From Tubulanus polymorphus (Eukaryota; Animalia; Nemertea), in NCBI RefSeq assembly GCF_964204645.1, contig NC_134030.1:16616110-16680109 (forward strand): a stretch of 64,000 bases of DNA. The letters are read 5' to 3'. This document shows, one piece after another, positions 12,070 through 23,814 of this stretch; within the stretch, counting starts at the first letter, position 1; each line of letters begins with the position of its first letter. Both the position numbers and the translations under genes were made by a program. The notes under the pieces were generated by a model that saw only the letters and a program-made list of their open reading frames with translations, was not told the DNA's origin and ran no database searches.

Positions 12070-13214
12070 ATATGTAATAGATGAAATCTAAGTGACGGAC
12101 GCCTCGTCACAGCTTGATTCAATTTTTCATAGTAAGAAATGATAGATAGCGATTGCCGATTGGGGAAAACAACCTCAAATTTCTTATTAATCAGGTCTCG
12201 GTACCACTGTCTGCTAAAAGGATTATTCTTTCGATTTAGATAAAGTGTCATTTTTTAATGGTTTAAAACTCTTTGTGAAACCATAATGTAACCAATGACA
12301 TTTCGGTGGGAACTGAGAGGGGTTTTTGCAATATTGAAGAATTTTGACCTGGTAGTTAATTTAGAAATTAGCTCCATTTGGAAATAAAAGGAAGATGAGA
12401 GAAGATTACAACGCATTTCTTAATTACCTTCAAAAAGAAAAAAAATCGAATATACGCGTTGAAACGCACAAATCGGAAAATTATTTTCTGCTAGAAAAAA
12501 CTTGAATTAGCAGGAAATGCGAATATCAGTACAATAATTGATTTCTCTTGCGAAAAATATACATTTCTTTCTAATCCGCCTGGAATACGGTTCAAAATAA
12601 GCAGTGCACGCGGCCAGCGGTTCCGAATTCCTTAAGTTATTTGGTGAAGAAGGGGCGGTGGCCGCGCTGGCCGAGAAATTTTACGACTATAACGCGACTC
12701 TCACATCAGTTCTTAGGGTCGTTACTTTTGCTTAAAAAAGTGTATTTCAGTGCTGCCGCTGAGAATGACAGCTGCGCGCGCGAGAGCGTAATTCTCCGGG
12801 ATTCGAACCTGCGCGCCGAACCGCGTGGCACCGGGCCGCGGCCGCGTTTTGTTATTATGAATTTGCCCCTGTTGCTAAGGGAATTTCAGCTATTTTCAAC
12901 TCGATCGATCAACGCGGTTCATTGTTAAATTATTCATCAACCCAATCTTGTTCGAAATTTCATGAAATAAATACATTCTGAAATAACCCGATCCATAAGT
13001 TACCGTATTTTAGTTAGTGGAATGCCGGATTTTAGCGTGACGTAATTCTACTTCCGATTTCCCCATGAACTTCAAACCGGACGTCAAGTGACGTCATTTT
13101 TTTCTGATTTTGTCAGCTAGTCAGAATCGGTTAAGAAGACACTTCGTAGTACCCACATATACGCGTTTACCAAAGGGACGTCCTCCGGGCGCCTTTGGCG
13201 CCCGGCGTCCGTCT
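12070..13214 (-). mobile_element. Helitron2/Helentron-like non-autonomous element inserted in the TATA tract of the foldback left arm
   Basis: SubTIR GACGGACGCC / GGCGTCCGTC, hairpin CCGGGCGCC-TTT-GGCGCCCGG near one end and TAGAT-GAA-ATCTA near the other. Confidence 0.6.
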
Positions 13215-13313
13215 ATAAAAAGACAAGGGAGCCAACTCTCCGTCAGATCGGTGGATAGGTAGGCTATGTCACTTCAATTCAACAGTTCGTATTCCAGAAA
13301 TTCTGAACCGATT

Positions 13314-14565
13314 TTTAGCCCACTTGGGACTTTAGTCCCAGCGGGCTATTGCGTTCACTTTTCGTCCGTCCGTCCGTAGACGGAATCCAGTTATTTTGGG
13401 AAGTTTTGAAGTCGCTTCAAGGTAATGTCTTGATATTTGGTTTATACATGTGTCTACCCTAGACACATCTTCAGCCCAAAAACTGGCCCTCTCAGATTCA
13501 AGATGGCCGACTGGCAGCCATTGTTGTTCGTCAAAATCAGCACTTTTTACACTTATTGAACTTTTTTAGGGAAATTTTGAAGACGCTAAAATCAATTACC
13601 TTGATCTTTCATATATATTTGAATCCCCCCCAGGGCCCATCGCCATGAGAAAAATTGGGTCGTTCGGACTCAAGATGGCCGTCCTATGACCTTTTTAGTG
13701 CCCAAAAATGTCAATTTTGGCCCAAATTCTGAGTCCTGTAGCTTCCTACTGGTTTGCCATTTCTCATTGCACTTTTTGATGGGTATTCCTTGGAAAGGGT
13801 TGTTTTATACCTGAGCCAGGTATTTTTGATCGGCCAATTGTGACGCAGTTGGTGGCCATCTTGGTATCATCAGTACTCATTCGTAAGTGGGAAAAAGTTT
13901 TTCCACATTATATTGATACCTAAGCATATTTTGTTACCATTATTGCAAAGTTGTTGCTCATGACATCATCTATGATTGTGGTGAGTTTTAAGGACATTAG
14001 TTATTCTATATGGTCACCAGGGGGCGTTGAATAGTAGAATAACTTAGTATTTCCTTATTAGATTGGTACCCAGGCATATTTTGTTACCATGATCAATTGC
14101 AAAGTTGTAGTTTATGACATGTTCTATGATTATGGTGAGTTTTAAGGTCATTGGCTTTTGAATATGGTCACCAGGGGGCGTTGAATAGTAGAATACTTAG
14201 TATTCCCATATTAAATTGGTAACGAGACATATTTTGTTATCATGATCAATTGCAAAGTTGTAGTTTATGACATGTTCTACGATTATGGTGAGTTTTAAGG
14301 TCATTGGCTTTTGAACATGGTCACCAGGGGGCGTTGAATAGTAGAATACTTAGTATTTCAATATTAAATTGGTAACGAGACATATTTTGTTATCACAATC
14401 AATTACAAAATCATAGCTGCTGACATGTTCTATGATTGTGGTGAGGTTCAAGGTCATTGGTTTTTGTATATGGTCACCAGGTGGCGTTGGATATTAAAAT
14501 TGTTAGATTGTTGAGCTTTGGAAACCACTTCCCAAGTGGGCATGGTGTCCCTGGACCCCTAGTTT
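13314..14565 (+). mobile_element. HINE family B, copy 1, with four ~153-bp tandem units
   Basis: SubTIR GCCCACTTGGGA / TCCCAAGTGGGC, (GTCC)n microsatellite, 3' hairpin GTCCCTGGAC, insertion in a T-tract. Unit markers TGGTCACCAGG at 14011, 14165, 14318 and 14471. Confidence 0.85.
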
Positions 14566-15543
14566 CAAACGAGGACTTTTTGGAAAGATTGGACCCTGAA
14601 CTTACTTCTGAATATCGTTATTTCCGTTTTAATTGGTAATCCTGTTCATGGGAATATAAAACCGGGCCGAGATTGAAAAACGGCTCCTCATTACCGCGGT
14701 CGCTGCATGGTGGCGCCAGCTGATGAGTACCGCACTCTAATCACATTTATGCGCATTTCAAGAATAACTACAACGCGCAACAAATATTCTTAGATTAAAT
14801 GTATGAATGTAAGATATTTTTTCTAATTTGCGATGTGTTTCCGCGTCAAAAGTTTTTTTTTTGAATTCTCGATGTTCGTATTAAGTGCGGAACTATGATT
14901 AATGGCCGCCGTGTCGCGATTTTGAAACCCGTTATCGATCTCAGTCAAATTTTGCATTCGCTACATACAGGATTTTCATTTTAATCAGAAATAACGATAT
15001 GCAGAGGTAAGATCCGAGTCAAAGCTTTCCAAAAAGTCCTCGTTTGTAAAAATTGGTTCAGTATTTCTGGTTGAAAGTGTCGTTAGTAATCATGGTCATA
15101 TTTACTTCCAGGCTGGTGCGGTACAGACAGATTTTGGCGATTTTTTCGGATTAATCGCACAATTTAACAATCTCAGAGGCACTCAAATCTTTCTCCAACC
15201 ACACAGTCTAACGCAGAAATTCGTTATTTTTCAAAATAATCTTACTTGAAGCGGATTGGATTATCAATAACGAAGTAACGAACTGTTGAAGTGACATACC
15301 TATCGACCGATCTGACGCAGAGTTGGCTCCCTTGTCTTTTTATATATAGTACCTAGGATACTGGGGTCAAATTTTTTTTTTTGTCAGGTCCCTGTCTTAT
15401 GTTGTGACTAGACTTAGGCCCATGTATAGGCTTGGAACTCACTTCCAATAACGTCGAGTGCAGTGCCATGTGTTCAACTGCCTAAAAAGTCTATTTGTTT
15501 TCGAAGTGGATATTTAACCGTATACGGCAAAGTATTTACTTAG

Positions 15544-17452
15544 TGTAGCCGGTACGCGTCCACGATTTAGCGTCATCCTCTGGTAGCGACCGATAGATGT
15601 CATGACCGCCAGGTCTCCTCAATATAAGTGGCTACAGGGTCCGCCTTGGTCCTGTAATCCCGGGGAGTGGAGCTACAAAGGGGAAATCCATAGAAAGTTT
15701 CCGCCGAAGGGGTGGACAGCTTCAGAGACAAAAAGTTTATGGTTCATAAAAGGAATATGGGAGAAGGAAGCAAGTGTCAGAGGTGAGTCTTAACTATTGA
15801 CCCAATTACACGGACCAGACAGGACAGGTGTCCGCCATGTGATCTATCGAGTCAGGGCCCTTGACTCGATGTCGGACCTCACAGTAACCCGAGCTCCGGC
15901 GCATCTTTTCCTCAGGTCCTCGCTGTGTAACGTCATATCGAGTGCCTCCCTGCACGATCTCCTCGTCCTGGCTTTTGTATCTTGCCCCCATCTATGTGTC
16001 TAAAGACGCCCCGACACTCGCCACTTCAAAAAGAATAAGATTTTTAGACCTGGCCTCAAGAAAGTGGATCATACTTTGTCCAAACGCCACCCCCCACGAC
16101 ATACCACGACAGTGATAAGTCTTGTATTGAATATATTTTAAAACGAATAACTTGTGTATAATTTATATACATATTTACATATTGCATGTAATGTTTTTAT
16201 CACAATTAGTTAAACTGTACATCTCATTTAAAAAGGTTAAATAAATGGTCTCAAAAACCATAATATAGTCACTAATCTATTTTAGTTATAAATTATTTAT
16301 AATTTATTATTTATAAAAGAGGCTAATGCAAGGATCTCTCTTTGCAAAATTCCAAGGTAAATGACTCGGTGGTCGCTAAATTAAGGCCCACGAAGACTAT
16401 ATCAATAATGCCCATGGCATAAAATTAGAAATATCAGATCTCACGACACATGTCTCATCAGGAAGGAAAAAGCCGCCAGGTTGACTGTTCCCGATAGATT
16501 AAAAATAGATACATCGATAATCGTCGAGTAGACTGACGTCAGAGCCCGGCCTGACCTGGGTTGCCCCAGGCCAGGAGGGCGCATGTTATTGCTTACCTCT
16601 GATCTATGTAGGTTGAGACGAGAGTGACGTTTGCGCGCGCTGACCCATTTTTATTGGATTCCGCGCAGTGTGACGTCACCGTGCATGGAGGATGACGTCA
16701 GGCAGCACAAAAGAAATGGCCACCGAGCAAAAGTTCCGCGATGAAAAAGTTTAGAAGACCATACAAATAGTAAATCAGGATCTAATATAGTAAAATAAGG
16801 TGAGAGTGAAAAGTGATCAGCCTAAAGTTTTGACTATTAGAAGCTGAAATTAATTATATCACTATAGGCAGAGAAAATGAGGTGCACAAAATGTAAAATG
16901 AAAGGGGCGAGCTAATTATCGCCCAAAAACGTTAGGCCTACAATTAAAAAAAATGAGGAGGGCTCCGCAGCGGAAAAACGGAAACTATACATTATAACAA
17001 CAACATTTTTAAACTATTTAACAGGAATTTCCGTTACACAGCCCTCACCAGCCCTGAATGTCCCCATTCAGAACAGGCGACCAAACTACATATAAACGGA
17101 AAACACATTATTACATTAAATACATTACATCAACAATACATTGACAGTCCGCACGAATTCTAAGATAACGCATCAGGCGCATAGTTTCTCAATCATTCTC
17201 TCTTTCATTTCTTCCTGAATGGAACAAAATTAGCAGTCGAATTGGTCACCGGGCCGACCCTCAATAGAAATAATGCGGCCCCACAGTTCATGCCGGTGGA
17301 TGACCCGAATCGGAATCCGCGGATGGCAGGGCGCTGACGTCGTGTTGTCCAGAGGAATGAGTTTCCACGCGTCGTTCATGGTGGACTTATCCGTAAAAAC
17401 GGGAGATTTAACAACAACATTTTTAAACTATTTAACAGGAATTTCCGCTACA
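15544..17452. mobile_element. 1.9-kb integrase-type insertion (solo or deleted LTR element, or Ginger-like)
   Basis: Termini TGTAGC...GCTACA with a 4-bp TTAG TSD. No convincing ORF. The last ~44 bp are duplicated internally at about 16995-17038. Confidence 0.7.
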
Positions 17453-18479
17453 TTAGTTCCGCTATTTAACCCTGGGTTTTATTTTCAGATCTAAAATTGT
17501 ATTTCATGATCGATTTCTGCGAAAGCTTTAGTTGATTTGGTTTTTGGGAGGAGTATTTTTATCAGCACTACAGAAAATATCATTGACCTTTGTGCAAAGT
17601 CCGGGAAAAATAGCTTTTTCTTAAATCGGATAGATGACCTTGATATGCTAATTAACCATGTGCTCGAACTACAAATTCAATCAAATTTTATTCTCTAAAA
17701 AATATCAAATCCAATTCAATTTTGTTTTATTGAGCAAATTTCAGAAAATTAAATTCTATTCCGCATTAAAATCAATAAGACCAAGGGAAAAGATTTATCT
17801 GAGGTATTTGTTCCTGTCAGATCCAGTCGCTGTCTGTGCTACTTTTGTATTCTTCGATTGTATTGTGTAAATTATTAGGTATTGACTCTGAGCCGGGAGT
17901 GTATTTTGACAAATTTAGCTCACAGAATGCATCATCATTTGCCATTTTATGAAAAGCTGATAGGCTGGCTATAGTGCCCCTTGGGGCTCTTGTTTACTAA
18001 TGTATTCAGGAGTGAATTTTAATTGATTTTGAAACCAGAGAAAGCATTCTTCAAAAATTTAGAAAATCCTAGACTCATAATCAAATTCTGTGAAGTCATT
18101 TAAGGTCTTTTGCTCCAATCAAGCCAAGGGCTCAGGTGGCTAAAATTCAATTCCTCACTGTCCTATAATGCCGATTACGACAGAGTTTACACACTGAAAA
18201 ACGTTGCGCTGTGTAAGTGTAATTTGGATTAGTCAGCAATATAATGACGGCCCGGCCCCGCGCGCTCCATCTCAGACGTAAACAAGTTGGACTGTAATGC
18301 TTCAATGCTTTGACAAATGGATGTCTAATATCCAGCATAATGTTGACCCAGGTTGCGCTTCTTGGCAATAGTCATATGTTATGGGCTAGAATTATTTCGA
18401 TGAAATCTTCGTACGCTTCCCAGTGCAACATATGAACCAATTAGGCAGAAACCCGTTCTCGCTGCTATGCAGCTATATT

Positions 18480-18984
18480 TCAATTTATTATTCGCTTTTT
18501 CGGTGAAATGGTCCCCGTCGGATAGAAGGCGAGTTTGCCAAGTATTATTTCTACACCCCTGATCATTAAACTTCCACACCTTAACTAAATTCACATCTAC
18601 ATCCCCAAATAGATACCCATTGAAATTATCGATCTTCTTATTGAATTTACTGGCACTACTTTTTCTAGTTGATGTTCATTATATAGAGGCAAACAAACAA
18701 AGTCTGTTAAGTAGTGCAGAGTAGTGCTCTTATTAATCATGCAATTGTATGTACATATGACACGAGTGACTTTTTCACCGTCTAAGTCGTTTCCCACCAC
18801 TAAAATTATAATTAAATCATAAAAGTTATTTTTGACGTCCATGATTTTTCTATGTATGTCGACTATCTTCGCGCCATAACTGTAAAAATCAACACCAATT
18901 TTCGGATGTTCGAAATCCCATGTATTCGAAAGCCGACTTATAAAGCTATCACCAAATACTGCTGCTTTCACCTTTTTGTTTTGG
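18480..18984 (-). pseudogene. SGNH/GDSL hydrolase-fold exon, frameshifted
   Basis: Block I VFGDSF (18945-18953), block III VVGNDL, IDNFNGYL and block V DGDH (18508-18519). A candidate splice acceptor CTTTATTCTAG precedes it. Confidence 0.7.
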
Positions 18985-19014
18985 CTAGAATAAAGTAACG
19001 TAGAACTAATTATA

Positions 19015-19080
19015 GTTTGTTGCGATTTAGGGCATAGAGAAATACCACTTTCATCAAAATTGTAAATGCGACTACCATCA
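19015..19080 (-). pseudogene. pogo/Tigger transposase fragment around the first catalytic Asp
   Basis: DGSRIYNFDESGISLCPK matches the IxNxDEsG motif. Same strand as the HTH fragment at 22546-22840. Confidence 0.65.
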
Positions 19081-19084
19081 TTAA

Positions 19085-22000
19085 AGGATTTGTGACACCT
19101 CAATTATTTCTGCGGTTTTAGTTAGTATGAATAAAATTATTACCGACAATATTTACGAAAATTAGAAGCAATGAACGTTTATATGGTTTTGAGAGCGATT
19201 TTGGTGGAAAATCTCGCACAGCTGTTGAAGCGCGCATCTTCGGGCATTTCCGTCAAACATCGGTGATGATGACGTATAACTGAGAAGACGAACGCGGAAG
19301 TGGCTCATTGTACAACGAAGGATTGACTAGCGCGGACGATATATTATTCGATTATTCTGTTTTTTCTATGTTTTTCGATCATGCCTCGTCGTTGTGTTTA
19401 CTACAATTGTAGTTGAAGTAATCGCTCTTTGTTCTGGTGGCCACGGGATACGGTTATTGCGCGTAAATGGACCGCATTTGTGAGCAGAAAGAGAGCACAA
19501 TGGAAGCCCTCATCCACCAGTGTATTGTGTGGGAGGCACTTCACCAACGATTCATTTACAAACTATTCAATGTTTACTTCAGGATTCGCGACTAAGTAAG
19601 TCTTTTAACATTCAATATTTAAAATAAAAGCAGTATTGCTATCTCATTCTTTTCATCAGGTCAGGTTAAAAAGTGCTTCAGTACACGGAAACTGGGTCAG
19701 GTCCTTTCTTTGTTCATTGCTTCGTTTAGACGGTCATCCTTATTACCGAGATGATGTATTTTACCGAGATCAACCGAGATGAAATTAAATATAACATATT
19801 TATTTATTCCATATCGATTTTAACCATTGAAATCATATTATATCAGTAATAAATGCCTGCTGGGTTCATATTTTACATATTTTGTCGGATATTTTTGGAA
19901 AAAATAACTTTTAACTTTACCGAGATGAGATCGTCGATCAATCAAATTCATTGAAATTTTATTGCTAACCGAGTTTACGTTTTTGAAGTCAAAATTTTTT
20001 TAAATAAAAAAATATGTAAAATATGACTCTAGGAGGTATTTATTACTGATAAAACATGATTTCAAGTGTTAAAATCGATAAGGAATAAATAAATATGTTA
20101 TATTTAATTTCATCTCAGTTGATCTCGGTTCATCTCGGTAAAATACATCATCTCGGTAATAAGGATGACCCCGTTTAGACATGTTTTCTGACTAACTGGT
20201 CTAGTAACTGCCTTCCCGACTCATTAATCGATGTATCATGGCTGGTTTTACAAGCTGCTCATATTGATTGCCTGAGGACTAAATGGACCTCCTGACTTGT
20301 TGATGAGGGAGTCGATGTTAGGTCTACACTTAAAACCTTGAAGCCTAATCTAGTATGCAAGTATAACTATCATATTTTGAATTCCATTTAGATTACATTT
20401 GAAGCCAGATGCCATCCCTACCATTCACATAAATGACGACGATGATAACAGTCAATCAGATACCACTAAAAGACCAACGTACGCAAAACGAAAAAGAAAA
20501 GAGTTGGTGGAAAATTTAGTAGCTGATACAGTATCTAACGAAGAGTTACAGCCTTCTACATCAACAGCTGAAACGTCATACAGTCCGACAGCTGATACAT
20601 CAACCAGTCCAACATCATCACCAGATAGGCCTCCCAAGTTTGTCGAAAAATCGTCACAGGAAGATATTGAAGCAGAAACCAAAGGTAAATTTCACTATAT
20701 CATGAAAAATTCATACTACAATAATTTTCTGGCATTCCATTTATATTTTCAACCTGATTTTTAGAAATTATGTTGTGAAAAAGTCTGTAGGTTATCTGAG
20801 AATAATTGGCGTATTGTTAATCAATGTTGTATTTTTGTCGTTAAAGGTAATCAAACGCTCGCATGGAGACCGAAATGTAATCGACGACACTATCCGAGTC
20901 AGGGTAAATTAACAAAGAAGAAAACAACTGGCACACAAATGACCCCTAAAAAATTTAAGCCTTTGTATGATAGCACCGATACCGACGTATCCAGCGATGA
21001 CGAATACTTCGACGATGATCCCGATTATGATCCAGATGAAGATCCTAATGGATCATCTTCAACTGAATTTGACGATGAATGTAGCTCTTCAGTATTCGAT
21101 GAAATGAGGTAGGATTTTAATTTTCTACAGTGTTTTTTTACAACACTTATATCATAACTATGATAAGTATAATTTTTTTCAGGGATGAAGCAGAAGTGCC
21201 GTTACAAAAGAGGTCAAAATTCATTGTTGACGAATCTGCATTGCTGGAACGGTTTGTATTTTGCGTTTTGTGTCGAGGGAAAAACACTGTCCTTCGCTGA
21301 GTAATTTCTACCCAGCTCACCGTGAAGACGAAGTGTCAGCAGTGTCACCATGAAACCAAATGGCAAAGTGAACCGTGTGTAAAGCGTATCCCAATAACCA
21401 GTCTGTTATTAAGTTCACTGATAGTGCTGACTGGAAATCTCACCTCAAAAGTTATACGACTGCTCAGGTAAGAAAAAGAAAATCAAGCATTCAGTTAAAG
21501 GTTTACATTTTGATCGCTTTATAATATGGATAATTATCATTATTGGATTATCTGCTTATAGGTTGGCAGGTATCCAGTGCATGAGTACAAGAACTGCGTT
21601 TCGGCACCAAGCACAGTTTGTACATAAGGCAGTGTACTCTGTTTGGAAATCAAGTCGTCAGTCTTTACTCGACAGCCTCAAAGGATCAGCACTTCTAATT
21701 GGGGGATGCTAGGTGTGACAGCCCAGGACACTCTGCAAAATATTGTACATATTCGATAATGGACCTGAAAAGTAATAAGATAATTTCATCAGAACTGATA
21801 CAGGTGTGGTATATCATTTGAAATTTTAGTCCTTTATAATAATATTAGTTCTTACTTATAAGAATATATTCTTATTATTCATTTAGTCAAATGAGGTAAC
21901 GTCATCAAACGCTATGGAAATCGAAGGTCTGAAACGTGCTGCAGAACGATTGAAGACGTACGAAATCACAGCTTTCATTAGCGATATGCACCCTTCAGTG

Positions 22001-22545
22001 CATAAGTGGGCTCGAGACACCTGGAAAGTATCTCATTACTTTGATACCTGGCATTGTGTGAAGGGTAAGTCAATTATCAAATCAGAATCCTGTTATAACA
22101 TCCCGCTCTACTTTGAATCAATATCAATTTCACTTGGTGTTAACTCATTCTGGTATGAGAGCAATAGACATTTATTTTCTGTGTAATATTATGTTTTGCA
22201 GCAGTGATTAAGAAACTCGAGAAACTCAGTAAAAAGAAAGGTCTCGAAGATATCCAAGCTTGGATACAAAGTATCCGAGTTCACCTGTATTGGTGCGCTA
22301 TGTCGTCGAAACCTGGAGACCATGAAGATATAAAACGAAAGTGGGAAACCTGTTTGGAACATATTTCAAACAATCATGAAAACTGTATGCATGGAGATTA
22401 TGAAAAGAAAAAAAAATGGATATTACCAGGTATCTATGATAACCAAAAGTCTTCATAAGCTATCGACTTGATACATGGGTGATTAGTTGCATTTTACATG
22501 TTCATATTATATTTCGCATTCAGACAGCATTGTATGGTAACTTAA
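19085..22545 (+). mobile_element. Kolobok DNA transposon copy 1 (spliced THAP + DDE transposase pseudogene), right end lost
   Basis: Left end TTAA|AGGA, 296 bp before ATG 19381. THAP MPRRCVYYNCS*...WP..W...LCGRHF...DAIPTI. Catalytic region GDARCDSPGHSAKYCTYSIMD, FISDMH, HYFDTWH, HLYWC. Several GT-AG introns. Confidence 0.85.
19732..20171. mobile_element. Near-fully palindromic MITE (MULE-like) in intron 1 of Kolobok copy 1
   Basis: TIR GGTCATCCTTATTACCGAGATGATGTATTTTACCGAGAT, 9-bp TSD CGTTTAGAC, ACCGAGAT repeats. Confidence 0.88.
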
Positions 22546-22840
22546 AGTTCTTCTTTGGTCCTCTCATAATCTATTTTCGCCATACTCTCAATCCAGTTAC
22601 ACAACTTGCTCTCAACCTCCTTTCCTAATATGGGCTGTGGGCCACTCCGCTTTTTGATTACTTCAGGCCCTTCAGCAAGTCTGTCTCTTAAAGTAGCCTC
22701 TGGTATAGCATATGCCCGAGCAGATGCCCAAATGCTAGTTCCCGTTCTGATAAGTTTAGAAGCTTTTCTAACGTCATCCACGGAATATGATCGCCTATAA
22801 GGGCCCCTTGCTTTCCTAAAATTTTCAGTTTCAAACTTTA
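22546..22840 (-). pseudogene. pogo/Tigger transposase N-terminus (HTH_psq plus start of CENP-B HTH)
   Basis: YSVDDVRKASKLIRTGTSIWASARAYAIPEATLRDRL...GPQPILGKEVESKLCNWI. Confidence 0.8.
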
Positions 22841-23629
22841 AACTGAAATCGCCATAAAACTACATTATTTACTTTACTTGTAGGTCATAGTTATTTAAAT
22901 GATATCGTTATATTGTTATATTGAATTGAGATAGGTTAAGTGGGCCTTTATGATGTATCGAAAATAACCATCACATTAGCTACGTTAGACTAGATATATA
23001 CATGTAGTGGAATATGGGAACTCCGGTATACAAGTACATGATATGTTCCCATAACCCATCACGTTCGTATATGCCATTATGTCAGAAAGATCCAAACCGG
23101 ATTAATTCAATCGTATTCCCGAGAAAGCATATACTGCTAAGTTAACTAAATAGAATAGACGAAACATTCCCTTATCATACCGCATAGAGTGACAAGTCCG
23201 AAACAATGTACGTCTATTCCATGTAACTATTCAACAAACGATGATGATATTTACACCGCAAAACAATCATTTTTACTTTTTGATTAATATAATTCGTTTT
23301 TAATCTTTTTTTCAATCTTGTATGCAGCAGGTTTTTAACTTATCTATTCTCCACGTCAGAGTGAACGGGCTATTCTTTGATGCTTTAAACCTTGGACTCT
23401 AAAATGATTAAGAATCCATGTTGAAACCTAACATGTATTAACCTTGCAATAAGAATGACATAGTATTTGAATAGCCAAACTCAAACGTGACGAGTAGAAA
23501 ATATGAAGATCACCTGGCAATGATTCCTAGTGAGCGATAGAAATGTCGAGTCCTCGGATTTTAGTATTTGTTCCAACTGGGCGTAGTTAGGCATACTTAG
23601 TTATATACAAGTTTTGGCTCGTGGGATCT

Positions 23630-23814
23630 CCGGTATATGGGAATATTCATCCGGTATACAGGAACATTCATCCGGTATACGGTAACATTCATCCGGTATA
23701 CAGGAAAATTCATCCAGGATACAGGAACATTCATCCGGTATACAGGAACATTCATCCAGTATACAGGAACATTCATACGGTATACAGGAACATTCATCCA
23801 GTATACAGGGACAT
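23630..23814. repeat. 21-bp minisatellite (CCGGTATACAGGAACATTCAT, about 9 units)
   Basis: Directly visible tandem array; it explains three spurious repetitive ORFs. Confidence 0.95.

Larger units (their letters stand above)
12017..15394. mobile_element. Foldback-like non-autonomous DNA element with long TIRs, carrying two nested insertions
   Basis: The right arm 15275-15394 is the reverse complement of 12017-12069 joined to 13215-13290. A further inverted pair lies at 13294-13313 plus 14566-14625 versus 14985-15070. Confidence 0.75.

Noticed and set aside
18597-19381. SGNH gene as divergently transcribed Kolobok cargo
   Set aside because: The Kolobok left end (TTAA|AGGA at 19085) lies between the two, at the same spacing as in copy 2, so the SGNH exon is outside the element.
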